From an uncultured bacterium (GTDB taxonomy: Bacteria > Omnitrophota > Gorgyraeia > Zapsychrales > Aceulaceae), in NCBI GenBank assembly GCA_937930175.1, contig CALGLP010000022.1, positions 66,585 to 130,584 on the forward strand: a stretch of 64,000 nt of DNA. Direction: 5' to 3'. Numbering within the stretch: the first letter of the stretch is position 1; each line of letters begins with the position of its first letter. The position numbers and the translations under genes were made by a program. Below the pieces are notes generated by a model. The model did not search any database. It worked only from the letters and a program-made list of their open reading frames with translations, and was not told the DNA's origin. This document shows positions 46,528-56,582 of the stretch, in pieces.

Positions 46528-47493
46528 ATGTTTTCGTTACAGTTTCGTTTGTGGCTGATGATGACCGTGCTCTTTGCCTTGATTTACGCGGTTGTTGTGG
46601 TGGCTGGCCGTTATATGGGCATTAGTAATTTTTATTTTTACCTAGGGATATCCGCCGCCATCATGTTTTTTCAGTATTTGATCGGCCCTAAAATGGTGGA
46701 ATGGTCCATGGGCGTTAAATATGTCACCCGTCAGGAATATCCGAAGCTTTTTCAGATGGTGGAAGATCAAGCTCGACGAGCGCAGATCCCAACGCCTAAA
46801 ATTGGTGTCTCGCAGATGGCAATCCCTAACGCCTTTGCCTTTGGCCGTGGACGAGGCGATGGCCGCATTTGCGTGACCCAGGGGATCATGCATTTGCTTA
46901 ATGATAATGAACTCAAGGCTGTCATTGGCCATGAAATGTCACATATAAAGAATCGTGATGTCTTAACGATCATGCTTTTGTCTATTATCCCGATGATCCT
47001 TTATCGCGTTGCTTTTAATTTTCTTTTTTTTGGCAATCGCAGAAGTTCGCGCGATAGCGGAGCCAATACCATGTTGATCGGCTTAGCAGCTTTTATCTTT
47101 TATTTTATTACGAATCTTTTGGTGCTTTATGCTTCGCGTATCCGTGAGTATTTTGCGGATCAAGGCTCGGTTGAGCTTGGTAACCGTCCAGAGGTTATGG
47201 CTACGGCGCTCTACAAACTTGTTTATGGCTCAGCGCGTATGTCTAAAGATGATTTAAAAGAATCCGAAGGCATGAAAGCATTTTTTGTTAATGATCCTTC
47301 GCACGCCAGGGGTGAGATCAGAGAGCTTAGCCAGCTTGATTTGGATAAAAGCGGAACCATTGATCGTAGCGAACTCAATTTGCTTCAGCGAGGTGGCATT
47401 AAGCTCAAAGCCTCAGACAAGATGATGGAGTTGTTGAGTACGCATCCGAATATGCTTAAGCGTATTCGTCATCTGTCGCAGTTAAGTGTTTAG
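46528..47493 (+). CDS. htpX: HtpX-family M48 zinc metalloprotease with a C-terminal EF-hand-like Ca-binding loop
   Basis: HEMSHIKNRD (HExxH) and a downstream E in a membrane-helix context; four transmembrane segments; C-terminal DLDKSGTIDRSE matches the 12-residue EF-hand loop consensus. Confidence 0.8.
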   Translation: MFSLQFRLWLMMTVLFALIYAVVVVAGRYMGISNFYFYLGISAAIMFFQYLIGPKMVEWSMGVKYVTRQEYPKLFQMVEDQARRAQIPTPKIGVSQMAIPNAFAFGRGRGDGRICVTQGIMHLLNDNELKAVIGHEMSHIKNRDVLTIMLLSIIPMILYRVAFNFLFFGNRRSSRDSGANTMLIGLAAFIFYFITNLLVLYASRIREYFADQGSVELGNRPEVMATALYKLVYGSARMSKDDLKESEGMKAFFVNDPSHARGEIRELSQLDLDKSGTIDRSELNLLQRGGIKLKASDKMMELLSTHPNMLKRIRHLSQLSV

Positions 47494-47517
47494 AGTAAAT
47501 CTGTTGAAATATTTTTT

Positions 47518-47550
47518 GGCCCTGCCTTTTGCAGGGCCGATTTTTTTTGC
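47518..47550 (+). terminator. Rho-independent terminator after htpX: GGCCCTGCC-ttt-GGCAGGGCC followed by a T8 run
   Basis: 9-bp GC stem plus a TTTTTTTT tract. Confidence 0.75.
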
Positions 47551-47567
47551 CATTTATTTAAATTTTC

Positions 47568-47597
47568 TTGACAATCCACACAAGCGTGTGGTAAATT
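47568..47597 (+). promoter_or_regulatory. lexA promoter (TTGACA -35; 18-nt spacer; extended -10 TGgTAAATT) with an embedded palindrome CCACAC-AAGC-GTGTGG (47576-47591), a candidate LexA operator; the -10 ends 6 nt before the ATG, implying a leaderless mRNA
   Basis: Motifs read directly. The operator lies between -35 and -10, as expected for autoregulation; no ribosome-binding site. Confidence 0.5.
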
Positions 47598-47603
47598 AAA
47601 TTC

Positions 47604-48197
47604 ATGATAAAAAATCTTACAGAAAAACAACGAAATGTTCTCCACTTTATTTTTAACAAGATCAAAAATGAGCATATGCCACCGACGATTCGTGAGATTG
47701 CCGAAGAATTTGGATTTTCTTCTACGGGCACAGTTCGGGATTATTTAAAGGCTTTGGTGGATAAAGGCTATATCAAGGTGAGCGAAGGAAAGGCTAGGGC
47801 TATTGAGCTTGTGAAAGAAGCTTTTCGCTTGCCGATTTTAGGCGCTGTTGCTGCTGGTAATCCGACCTTAGCTGTAGAAGATATTGAAGGGTATGTTGAG
47901 CTTGATGATTTGTTCTTTTCCGATGCCGAAATTTTTGCTCTTCGCGTCAAGGGCGACAGCATGATTGACGCTGGGATTATGCCTGATGATTTGGTTCTCG
48001 TTCGTCGACAGCAGGCTGCTGAAATAGGTGACATTGTCGTTGCCTTGATTGGCGAAGAGGCCACGGTCAAACGTCTTGTCAAAGAAGGGAACAATTTCTT
48101 CCTCCAGCCAGCCAATGATTTATATCAGCCTATCCTTGTTAATGAAGACGTAATCCTAGCCGGCAAAGTCATTACAAGTATTCGGAAATACCTTTAG
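47604..48197 (+). CDS. lexA: LexA repressor (winged helix plus S24 peptidase)
   Basis: N-terminal wHTH (MPPTIREIAEEFGFSS..TVRDYLKAL), AAG cleavage site (GAVAAGNP), catalytic S in VKGDSM and K in TVKRL. Confidence 0.9.
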   Translation: MIKNLTEKQRNVLHFIFNKIKNEHMPPTIREIAEEFGFSSTGTVRDYLKALVDKGYIKVSEGKARAIELVKEAFRLPILGAVAAGNPTLAVEDIEGYVELDDLFFSDAEIFALRVKGDSMIDAGIMPDDLVLVRRQQAAEIGDIVVALIGEEATVKRLVKEGNNFFLQPANDLYQPILVNEDVILAGKVITSIRKYL

Positions 48198-48237
48198 TTT
48201 TTATATATAATCGTGTTTGTTTCGCCGTCCCTTCTGA

Positions 48238-48266
48238 TTGACACCCCTACTCTTTTTCACTATAAT
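48238..48266 (+). promoter_or_regulatory. Consensus sigma70-type promoter for lysS: TTGACA - 17 nt - TATAAT
   Basis: Perfect -35 and -10 hexamers with 17-bp spacing, ~36 nt upstream of GTG 48303, which has an AGGAGA ribosome-binding site. Confidence 0.6.
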
Positions 48267-48302
48267 AAGCTACTTAATATTAATATAAATAGGAGACTGA
48301 TC

Positions 48303-49775
48303 GTGGAAATTCATGAAATCAAGCAGATTCGTATTGAAAAAGCAAAACTTTTGGCTAGCAAAGGCCTTAAGCCTTATGGCGGTAAATTTTTACGTACCAC
48401 AACGATTGCTGACGCGCTTTTACATTTTGAAGAAGAGAAAGAAATTGTTTTAGCCGGCCGCATTATGGCTAATCGTGCCCATGGCAAGGTGATGTTTTTG
48501 GATCTTATGGATCAAAGCAGCAAGATACAACTCTTTGTCAAAGTGGATAATGTCGGTGAGGAACTTTTTACGATCATCCAGCATCAGGTGGATATCGGTG
48601 ACATTGCAGGGGTGAAAGGAAAACTGTTTACGACAAAGACGGGCCAGCAAAGCGTGCGCGTTTTAGAGTTTAAGCTTTTATCCAAGTCGTTGATGTGCTT
48701 GCCGGAAAAGTGGCATGGATTAAAAGATGTTGAAATTCGTTATCGTCAGCGCTACGTTGATCTTTTAGTCAATAAAGATGTGAGAGATGTCTTTATCAAG
48801 CGCAGCAAGATCGTTAGTTTTATTCGCTCTTTTTTGGATAAAAAAGGATTTCTTGAGGTGGAAACCCCTATGCTTCAGCCCATGGCGGGTGGCGCCAGAG
48901 GCAGGCCTTTTAAAAGCCTTCATAATACTTACGAGATGGATGTTTTCTTGCGCATCGCACCGGAACTTTATTTAAAAAGGCTTCTTGTGGGAGGTTTAGA
49001 AAAAGTTTATGAGCTTAATCGTAATTTTCGAAACGAAGGTATCTCCACGCGGCACAATCCTGAATTTACTATGCTTGAAGTTTATGAATCCTATGCCGAT
49101 TATGAAGACATGATGACCATGACGGAAGATTTAGTGAGCTCGCTTGTTCAAGAGTTGACCGGTGGGTATAAGATCATTTATCAGGGCAAGGAAATTGATT
49201 TTACGCCACCTTGGGAGAGGCGTTCGTTTGCTAAGATCGTGAAAGAGAAGTTTGATATTGATCCTAGCGATGATGTCAAAGCGATGCTTGCGAAGGTGCA
49301 AGTCAAAAAACGTGTGGCCACTGATGAGGTCCTGACGCGTTCAGGTGTGATGAAACTCGTAGAAGATTTTCTGGATGAAGAGGCCACGAATAATCCGATT
49401 TTTTTAATCGATTATTTTACATTCTTATCACCGTTGGCTAAGGCGAAGGAGGACAACCCCTTGTTGGCACAGCGATTCGAATGTTTTATCGCAGGGCTTG
49501 AGGTAGGCAATGCGTATTCCGAGCTTAATGATCCCACCGAGCAGCGCGCGCGTCTCTTAGAAGACTTGAAGGACGATACCGAAACAGGTTTGCGTAGCAT
49601 TGATGAAGATTTTGTGAACGCCCTAGAGTATGGTATGCCGCCTGCTGGGGGATTAGGGATAGGGATCGATCGCCTTGTGATGATCTTGAGCGATGCTTCT
49701 TCTATTCGTGATGTCATTTTGTTTCCGCTTCTCAAACCTCATGGCAAGAAAGAAGACGGTCATCATGACGTATGA
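48303..49775 (+). CDS. lysS: Lysine--tRNA ligase (class II)
   Basis: OB-fold anticodon-binding N-terminal domain and class II motifs (...FRNEGIS.RHNPEFTMLE..., GGLGIGIDRLVM). The start is reassigned to GTG 48303 because the ORF-track GTG 48213 lies upstream of the promoter. Confidence 0.9.
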   Translation: MEIHEIKQIRIEKAKLLASKGLKPYGGKFLRTTTIADALLHFEEEKEIVLAGRIMANRAHGKVMFLDLMDQSSKIQLFVKVDNVGEELFTIIQHQVDIGDIAGVKGKLFTTKTGQQSVRVLEFKLLSKSLMCLPEKWHGLKDVEIRYRQRYVDLLVNKDVRDVFIKRSKIVSFIRSFLDKKGFLEVETPMLQPMAGGARGRPFKSLHNTYEMDVFLRIAPELYLKRLLVGGLEKVYELNRNFRNEGISTRHNPEFTMLEVYESYADYEDMMTMTEDLVSSLVQELTGGYKIIYQGKEIDFTPPWERRSFAKIVKEKFDIDPSDDVKAMLAKVQVKKRVATDEVLTRSGVMKLVEDFLDEEATNNPIFLIDYFTFLSPLAKAKEDNPLLAQRFECFIAGLEVGNAYSELNDPTEQRARLLEDLKDDTETGLRSIDEDFVNALEYGMPPAGGLGIGIDRLVMILSDASSIRDVILFPLLKPHGKKEDGHHDV

Positions 49776-50964
49776 AGGTTGGATAGGTCTTCGTTATTTG
49801 ATAGCTAAAAAAGAACCGTTTTTGGCGGTGATTAATTTTGTCGCGGTTGCTGGTGTGGCCATTGGGGTGGCGGCGTTGATCGTGGTGATTGCCGTGATGA
49901 CAGGCTTTGACAATGATTTGCGGGATAAGATTATTGGCACCAATGCCCATATTGTTGTAGAAAAAGAAGTTGGGATCAACAATTTTCAACAAGTTCAAGG
50001 CGATATCATGAAGGTCGAGGGCGTCAAGGCAACGACGCCCTATGTCCAGGGGCCTTTATTTATTGAATATGATGGTCAGTCGATGGGTGTTATGGGGCGG
50101 GGGATCGATCCTAAGACCGAACCTCAGGTAACCAAGGCCAAGGAGTATCTTAAAGAAGGACGACTTGAGGATTTAGATATCAATGGTATTGTGATCGGAA
50201 GCGAGCTTTCGATTTATTTGGGCAAACACCTAGGGGACAAGGTGACCTTGATTGCACCAGCCTCAGGGCTTTCTGGTGGAGGATGGAGGCGAGAGTTAAC
50301 GATTGTGGGCATTTTCACCTCAGGGATGTATGACTATGACATGAATTTATTGCTTCTTCATTTAGCGAAAGCGCAGGAGATTTTTCAGCTTTCTCCAGAT
50401 GCCGTGACAGGCATTGCGGTTAAGATAGACAATATTTATGATGCGCCAAAAATAAAGAAAATGCTTTATAAGGCCTTGGGCTATAGTTTTCTTGTTAAAA
50501 CGTGGATTGATTCTAATAAAAATTTTTTTGCAGCTCTTAAGCTTGAAAAGTTTGCGATGTTTATTATTTTAACGCTGATTGTCTTGGTTGCTTCGTTTAA
50601 TATTGTGAGCACGTTAATTGTGACAGTGACGACCAAGGTTAAAGATATTGGGATTTTAAAAGCGATCGGGGTTCCGCGCCAGTCGATTGAGCGCATTTTT
50701 ACGCTTAAGGGTTTGTCGATTGGTTTGATGGGAACTTTTTGGGGATGTGTCGGAGGGGTGGGCATTAGCATGATCTTAAAGAAATATCAGTTTATTAAAC
50801 TCCCGCAAGATATTTATTATATTGATAGGCTTCCCGTGTTGTTAGAGCTGGGTGATCTTTTGATGATTGCTGGAGCCGCGATGTTGATCAGTTATTTAGC
50901 AACGATTTATCCGGCTAAGAAGGCTGGACAACTTGAGCCGGTGGAGGCCTTGCGGTACGAATAA
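49768..50964 (+). CDS. lolC: Lipoprotein-releasing system permease (LolC/LolE, FtsX-like)
   Basis: N-terminal transmembrane helix, large periplasmic domain and three C-terminal transmembrane helices (FtsX); start MTYEGWIGLRYL overlaps the lysS stop by 8 nt (ATGACGTATGA). Confidence 0.8.
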   Translation, partial: TYEGWIGLRYLIAKKEPFLAVINFVAVAGVAIGVAALIVVIAVMTGFDNDLRDKIIGTNAHIVVEKEVGINNFQQVQGDIMKVEGVKATTPYVQGPLFIEYDGQSMGVMGRGIDPKTEPQVTKAKEYLKEGRLEDLDINGIVIGSELSIYLGKHLGDKVTLIAPASGLSGGGWRRELTIVGIFTSGMYDYDMNLLLLHLAKAQEIFQLSPDAVTGIAVKIDNIYDAPKIKKMLYKALGYSFLVKTWIDSNKNFFAALKLEKFAMFIILTLIVLVASFNIVSTLIVTVTTKVKDIGILKAIGVPRQSIERIFTLKGLSIGLMGTFWGCVGGVGISMILKKYQFIKLPQDIYYIDRLPVLLELGDLLMIAGAAMLISYLATIYPAKKAGQLEPVEALRYE

Positions 50965-51629
50965 TGTTAATTGCAAAGAATATTTTTAAGACATATACGG
51001 AAATTGGCGCACCGCTTGAAGTCCTCAAGGGCGTGAATCTTTCCATTGAATCAGGCGAGTTTGTGAGCCTTGTGGGGCCGTCGGGTGCAGGCAAATCAAC
51101 GTTTTTGCATATTTTGGGTGGTTTGGATAGTCCGACGCAAGGGCAGGTCTTTTTAGATCAGGAAGATATTTATCAAATGACCGATAGCCGTCGGGCCGTT
51201 GTCCGCAACACAAAGATTGGATTTGTGTTTCAGTTTTATTATCTTCTGCCGGAATTTAATGCCCTTGAGAATGTTGTTTTGCCGGCTTTGATCAAAGAAG
51301 GATTTTCTTCAAAGAAAGAGCTCGAGCGCAAAGGATTTGATTTGCTTGAGAGGGTTGGGATGAGTCAGCGTGCGTTGCATAAGCCTAAACAGCTTTCCGG
51401 CGGAGAGCAGCAGCGTTTGGCGATTGCCCGTGCGCTTATCAACAATCCGAAGATTATTTTTTGTGATGAACCAACGGGTAATTTGGATTCCCAGTCTGGG
51501 GAAAATATTATGGCGTTGTTGTTACAATTAAATAAGGATCATGGCCAGGCGGTTGTGATGGTCACTCATGATCTGCACCTTGCCAAGCAGGCAAAGCGAT
51601 CTGTGCATATGCAAGATGGAAGAATTTAA
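50964..51629 (+). CDS. lolD: Lipoprotein-releasing system ATP-binding protein
   Basis: Walker [10 protein letters not shown], signature LSGGEQQR, Walker B IIFCDEPT; start overlaps the lolC stop. Confidence 0.85.
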   Translation: MLIAKNIFKTYTEIGAPLEVLKGVNLSIESGEFVSLVGPSGAGKSTFLHILGGLDSPTQGQVFLDQEDIYQMTDSRRAVVRNTKIGFVFQFYYLLPEFNALENVVLPALIKEGFSSKKELERKGFDLLERVGMSQRALHKPKQLSGGEQQRLAIARALINNPKIIFCDEPTGNLDSQSGENIMALLLQLNKDHGQAVVMVTHDLHLAKQAKRSVHMQDGRI

Positions 51630-51657
51630 AACATTCATTAAACAAAGGGGATTGCCG

Positions 51658-52521
51658 ATGAAAGTGTATCTCAATGGAAGGCTCGTAGAAAAGAAAGATG
51701 CCAAGGTATCTGTGTTTGATCATGGACTTCTTTACGGTGATGGTGTTTTTGAGGGTATCCGAACGTATAAGCGTAATGTTTTTAAGCTTCGCGAGCACAT
51801 CGAGCGGCTTTATGAATCTGCGCATACGCTGATGCTTAAAATACCCCTGACTAAGGTGCAGATGGCTGACGCTATTGTAAAAACCCTTAAGGCTAATAAT
51901 CTCTCCGATGGCTATATCCGTGTGATCGTTAGTCGTGGGGAAGGTGATTTAGGCCTTGATCCGCGTAAGTGTAAGGGAGAGGGGACCGTGATTATTATTA
52001 CGGATAAAATTACACTTTATCCTGAAGACCTTTATCGTAACGGCATGGAGATTATTACCGTGCCAACAGTGAGAAATCTTAACGAGGCAGTGAATCCTCA
52101 GCTGAAGTCGTTAAATTACCTTAATAATATTTTAGCGAAAATTGAAGCTACGAATTCTGGCTATGCGGAAGCTCTGATGATGGATGCTCAAGGTTATGTG
52201 GCTGAATGCACGGGGGATAATGTTTTTATTATCAAAAGAGGTGAACTTTTGACGCCACCGAATGCGCGTTTGTGCGGGATTACGCGCAATGCCGTCATGG
52301 CGTTGGCTCAAAAGGCGAAGATCCCAACCTATGAAAAACTCATCACGCGGCATGAAGTTTTTACTGCCGATGAATGTTTTTTAACCGGAACAGCGGCGGA
52401 GATTATTCCGGTGGTCAAGGTGGATAGCCGTGTTATTGCTAGCGGCAAGCCCGGCGCGATGACATTAAAATTGATTAAAGCGTTTCGCGCGATTACAGCT
52501 AAGGATGGCGTTCAGTATTAA
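51658..52521 (+). CDS. ilvE: Class IV PLP aminotransferase (branched-chain amino acid / D-amino acid aminotransferase)
   Basis: MKVYLNGRLVEKKDAKVSVFDHGLLYGDGVFEGIR, then EA-type motifs (..ECTGDNVFIIK..); ~288 aa. Confidence 0.8.
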   Translation: MKVYLNGRLVEKKDAKVSVFDHGLLYGDGVFEGIRTYKRNVFKLREHIERLYESAHTLMLKIPLTKVQMADAIVKTLKANNLSDGYIRVIVSRGEGDLGLDPRKCKGEGTVIIITDKITLYPEDLYRNGMEIITVPTVRNLNEAVNPQLKSLNYLNNILAKIEATNSGYAEALMMDAQGYVAECTGDNVFIIKRGELLTPPNARLCGITRNAVMALAQKAKIPTYEKLITRHEVFTADECFLTGTAAEIIPVVKVDSRVIASGKPGAMTLKLIKAFRAITAKDGVQY

Positions 52522-52545
52522 GCGTATTTTAAAACAGGGGGTTTT

Positions 52546-53085
52546 ATGATCTGTGATGTATGTAAGAAGAAAAAAGCCTCGGTGCATTTAACGGAAATTG
52601 TGGACGGCAAGATGGCAGAAATGCATATCTGCGAAGATTGCGCACGGGAGCGTAGCGTTCAGATGGAGCAACAATTTGGGCTCGCGGATCTTTTAGCTGG
52701 GCTCTCGGATTTTGGCAAGCAGATTAAGACTGAAGACAAGGTCAAATTGCAGTGCGCTAACTGCGGTCTGGGCTATGATGATTTTAGGAAGTTTGGCCGC
52801 TTAGGTTGCAGTGAATGTTACAATGCGTTCCGAACGCATCTTGCGTCGCTGCTTAAGAAAATTCATGGATCGAATCAGCATTTAGGCAAGCATCCTGTTG
52901 GGCGCGTTACGCCCCCTAGTGCAGCGGCTAAGAAAGAAGCCAAAGCTGTCAAGGAGGCCAAAGAAGATTCGCTGCAGGAACTTAAGAATCAATTACAGCA
53001 AGCTGTGTTGTCAGAGCGTTTTGAGCAGGCAGCTATTTTAAGAGATAAAATTCGTATTTTAGAAAAGAAGGAAAAAGCCGTATGA
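52546..53085 (+). CDS. mcsA: McsA-like protein-arginine kinase activator (zinc fingers plus UVR motif)
   Basis: Four CxxC pairs (CDVC, CEDC, CANC, CSEC) and a C-terminal UvrB/C-like motif LQQAVLSERFEQAAILRDKI; directly upstream of mcsB-clpC. Confidence 0.8.
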   Translation: MICDVCKKKKASVHLTEIVDGKMAEMHICEDCARERSVQMEQQFGLADLLAGLSDFGKQIKTEDKVKLQCANCGLGYDDFRKFGRLGCSECYNAFRTHLASLLKKIHGSNQHLGKHPVGRVTPPSAAAKKEAKAVKEAKEDSLQELKNQLQQAVLSERFEQAAILRDKIRILEKKEKAV

Positions 53086-54131
53086 CCATTGACGAATTGA
53101 TTAATCACACCGGAGAATGGCTCAAAGGAACAGGTCCGCAATCGCATATTGTGATGTCGTCGCGTGTTCGTTTGGCACGCAATGTTGAGCGTATTCCTTT
53201 TCCCGCTAAGGCGAGTAAAAAAGAATTGGTTGAGATTATCAAGATTGCCAAGGAGGCTTTTGATGCTTCGGAGTATTTTAAAGATGCGATGTTCTTAAAG
53301 ATCAACGAGATGGACACTTTAGATCAGCAATTCTTGATTGAGCGACATTTGATGAGTCACGATCATGCGGCTACAAGCGAGGGGCGAGCGATTTTGGTTT
53401 CTAAAGAAGAAGTTCTTTCGATTATGGTCAATGAAGAAGATCATCTGCGTATCCAAGTAATGCAGTCAGGGTCGCAACTGGCGGAAACTTGGAAGATCAT
53501 CAACATGATCGATGATATTTTGTCGAATAAAATTCCCTATGCCTATGATGCCAGCTGGGGATATCTCACGGCCTGCCCTACGAATACCGGGACGGGGATT
53601 CGCGGCTCTGTGATGTTGCATCTGCCGGCATTGGTTATGACCAAGCAAATCAACAAAGTTTTGGAAGCGATTGCAAAGTTGAGTTTTACTTCTCGTGGAT
53701 TTTATGGCGAAGGTACGCAGGCGACGGGAAATTTTTTCCAGATCTCGAATCAGGTTTCCTTGGGTCACAGCGAAGAAGATGTTTTGCAAAATATGAATGG
53801 TTTGGTGGGGCAGATCGTGGAGCAGGAAGAACAGGCTAGGCAGGCGTTGTTACTTCAGAATCGATCGATTTTAGAAGATAAAATTTGTCGTTCGCATGGT
53901 ATTTTAAAGAACGCGCATATTATTTCAAGTCAGGAAACGGTTGATCTCCTCTCTATGGTGCGCCTGGGGATCGATGTCGGTGTGATCAAGGATATCAAGA
54001 AGCAAACGATCAATGAGCTTTTTATTATGATTCAGCCAGCGCATTTGCAAAAGCTTGAGCGCAAAAAACTTAATACGCTTGAGCGTGATGTGAAAAGGGC
54101 CAGTGTGATTCGAAGTAAGTTGGGATTATAA
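53082..54131 (+). CDS. mcsB: Protein arginine kinase McsB (ATP:guanido phosphotransferase fold)
   Basis: Phosphagen-kinase active-site motif CPTNTGTGIRGSVMLHLP; ~350 aa. Confidence 0.9.
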   Translation: MTIDELINHTGEWLKGTGPQSHIVMSSRVRLARNVERIPFPAKASKKELVEIIKIAKEAFDASEYFKDAMFLKINEMDTLDQQFLIERHLMSHDHAATSEGRAILVSKEEVLSIMVNEEDHLRIQVMQSGSQLAETWKIINMIDDILSNKIPYAYDASWGYLTACPTNTGTGIRGSVMLHLPALVMTKQINKVLEAIAKLSFTSRGFYGEGTQATGNFFQISNQVSLGHSEEDVLQNMNGLVGQIVEQEEQARQALLLQNRSILEDKICRSHGILKNAHIISSQETVDLLSMVRLGIDVGVIKDIKKQTINELFIMIQPAHLQKLERKKLNTLERDVKRASVIRSKLGL

Positions 54132-54158
54132 ATACGTTAATTAATAATAGGAGGAGTT

Positions 54159-56582
54159 ATGTTTAATCGATTTACGGAACGCGCACGCAAAGTTATTGTT
54201 TTGGCGAAAGAGGAAGCCAAGCGATTTAATCATGATTATATTGGTACCGAGCATTTGTTGCTTGGGTTGATCCGCGAGGGCGAAGGCGTGGCAGCGGCTG
54301 TTTTGCAGAAGCTTGGACTTGATTTAGAATCGATCCGCATTGAAGTAGAAAAAGTTGTGCAAGCTGGACCTCAAACCCAGGTGATGGGAGATATTCCGTT
54401 CACGCCACGCAGCAAAAAAGCTCTTGAACTGGCAGCGGAAGAGGCCAGAGCTTTGGGGCATAACTATATCGGGACTGAACATTTATTGCTTGGGTTGATC
54501 CGTGAAGGAGAAGGCGTGGCGTATCGTGTTTTTTTGAATATGGGTGTTGATCTTGAGCGTGTTCGTAACGAGGTGATGGAATTGTTGGGATCGGGAATCC
54601 CTGGTTTTGGAAACCAAGAGCAAGCGAAAAAAGGTAAAACACCAGCGATTGACGCTTATGGACGAAATCTTAATAAACTCGCCAGAGAAGGAAAGCTTGA
54701 TCCTGTGATCGGGCGAAAAGGTGAGATTGAGCGTATTGTTCAGATTTTGACACGACGCACAAAAAATAATCCTGTTTTGATTGGTGAAGCAGGTGTTGGG
54801 AAAACCGCGATTGTGGAAGGCTTGGCCCAGCTTGTGGTAAGCGGGGATGTGCCAGAAAATCTTCGGGAAAAGAATATTATTGTTCTTGATTTGGCGATGA
54901 TGATCGCAGGAACCAAATATCGCGGCCAGTTTGAAGAACGCATTAAAGCAGTGATGGATGAAATTAAACGCTCTAAGAAAATTGTTCTTTTTATTGATGA
55001 AATTCATACCTTGGTTGGCGCCGGAGCTGCGGAGGGCGCGATTGACGCTGCCAATATCTTAAAACCTGCCTTGGCGCGCGGTGAAATTCAATGCATTGGA
55101 GCCACGACCATTGACGAATATCGTAAGAATATTGAAAAAGATGCAGCTCTTGAGCGCCGTTTTCAAACTATTACGGTTGAGCCTCCGTCTGTTGATGAAA
55201 CAATTCAGATTTTAAAAGGATTGCGGGATAAATATGAAGCCCATCATCGTGTTAAATATTCAGATGAAGCCCTGGAGGCAGCAACAAAGCTTACCGATCG
55301 CTATGTCACGGGACGCTTCTTGCCGGATAAAGCTGTTGACATTTTAGATGAAACTGGAGCCAGGGCAAGCTTGAAGGTGATGGCTGTTCCTGATGATATC
55401 AAGAAGAAGGAAGAGGAGATTGAAGAGCTTCGGGAAGAAAAAGAAACGCATATCAAAAGTCAAGATTTTGAGAAAGCCGCGCAAATGCGTGATAAAGAGC
55501 GCGAGGCGCGTGAACAGCTTGAGCAAAAACGACGCGAGTGGCTTCAGAAGCGTGATTCGGTTGTTCAGGTGATCTCTGAGGAAGATATTGCACGTGTTAT
55601 TTCGCAGTGGACTAAGATTCCGCTGATTCGTCTTGAGCAGAAAGAAAGCGAGAAACTTCTTAAGCTTGAGGAAAATCTTTCTAAATCTGTGATCGGTCAG
55701 GAAGAGGCGATCAGCGCGATTGCGCGCGCAGTTCGCCGTTCGCGCGCGGGGATTAAAAATCCTTTGCGTCCGATTGGATCGTTTATGTTTTTAGGGCCAA
55801 CGGGTGTAGGAAAAACTCTTTTGGCGCGGGTTCTTTCGGAATTTATGTTTGGGGATGAGAACGCGATCATTCAAATTGATATGTCTGAATATATGGACAA
55901 GTTTAACGTGTCACGATTGATTGGCGCTCCTCCCGGATATGTTGGGTATGAAGAGGGCGGACAGCTGACGGAAAAAGTGCGTCGTCGTCCCTATTCGGTT
56001 GTTCTTTTGGATGAAATTGAGAAGGCCCATCAGGATGTTTTTAATTTGCTTCTTCAGGTTCTTGAAGATGGCCGCTTAACCGATAGCTTGGGCCGGCGCA
56101 TTGATTTTCGTAATACGATTATTATTATGACTTCTAATGTGGGTGCGGAAATTTTGCGACAAAAAGGTTCTTTAGGTTTTGCCTCGCAAGACATGGAAGT
56201 GACCTATAAGGATATGAAGCAGCGCTTGCTTGATGAGGTCAAGAAAACATTTAAGCCAGAATTTCTCAACCGTTTAGATGACACAATTGTTTTTCAATCG
56301 CTCACGAGAGAAAATCTTGAACGCATTGTGAGCTTGGAGATGAAGGAAGTCGCAGATCGACTTAAAGATCGTAATATTTCAATACAGCTGTCACCCGAGG
56401 CTCTTGAGTTTTTTGTGCATAAGGGGTTTGACCCGACTTTTGGGGCAAGGCCTCTGAAGCGAACCATTCAACGTTATTTAGAAGATCCTTTGGCAGAAGA
56501 AATCATCACGGGACGTTTTACCGACGGAAGTACGATTAATATTAAGTATGATGTGCAAAAAGATATTTTAACTTTTGCATGA
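54159..56582 (+). CDS. clpC: ATP-dependent Clp protease ATP-binding subunit ClpC
   Basis: Tandem Clp-N repeats, UVR linker, two AAA+ modules (GEAGVGKT; GPTGVGKT) and the ClpP-docking loop region. Confidence 0.95.
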   Translation: MFNRFTERARKVIVLAKEEAKRFNHDYIGTEHLLLGLIREGEGVAAAVLQKLGLDLESIRIEVEKVVQAGPQTQVMGDIPFTPRSKKALELAAEEARALGHNYIGTEHLLLGLIREGEGVAYRVFLNMGVDLERVRNEVMELLGSGIPGFGNQEQAKKGKTPAIDAYGRNLNKLAREGKLDPVIGRKGEIERIVQILTRRTKNNPVLIGEAGVGKTAIVEGLAQLVVSGDVPENLREKNIIVLDLAMMIAGTKYRGQFEERIKAVMDEIKRSKKIVLFIDEIHTLVGAGAAEGAIDAANILKPALARGEIQCIGATTIDEYRKNIEKDAALERRFQTITVEPPSVDETIQILKGLRDKYEAHHRVKYSDEALEAATKLTDRYVTGRFLPDKAVDILDETGARASLKVMAVPDDIKKKEEEIEELREEKETHIKSQDFEKAAQMRDKEREAREQLEQKRREWLQKRDSVVQVISEEDIARVISQWTKIPLIRLEQKESEKLLKLEENLSKSVIGQEEAISAIARAVRRSRAGIKNPLRPIGSFMFLGPTGVGKTLLARVLSEFMFGDENAIIQIDMSEYMDKFNVSRLIGAPPGYVGYEEGGQLTEKVRRRPYSVVLLDEIEKAHQDVFNLLLQVLEDGRLTDSLGRRIDFRNTIIIMTSNVGAEILRQKGSLGFASQDMEVTYKDMKQRLLDEVKKTFKPEFLNRLDDTIVFQSLTRENLERIVSLEMKEVADRLKDRNISIQLSPEALEFFVHKGFDPTFGARPLKRTIQRYLEDPLAEEIITGRFTDGSTINIKYDVQKDILTFA

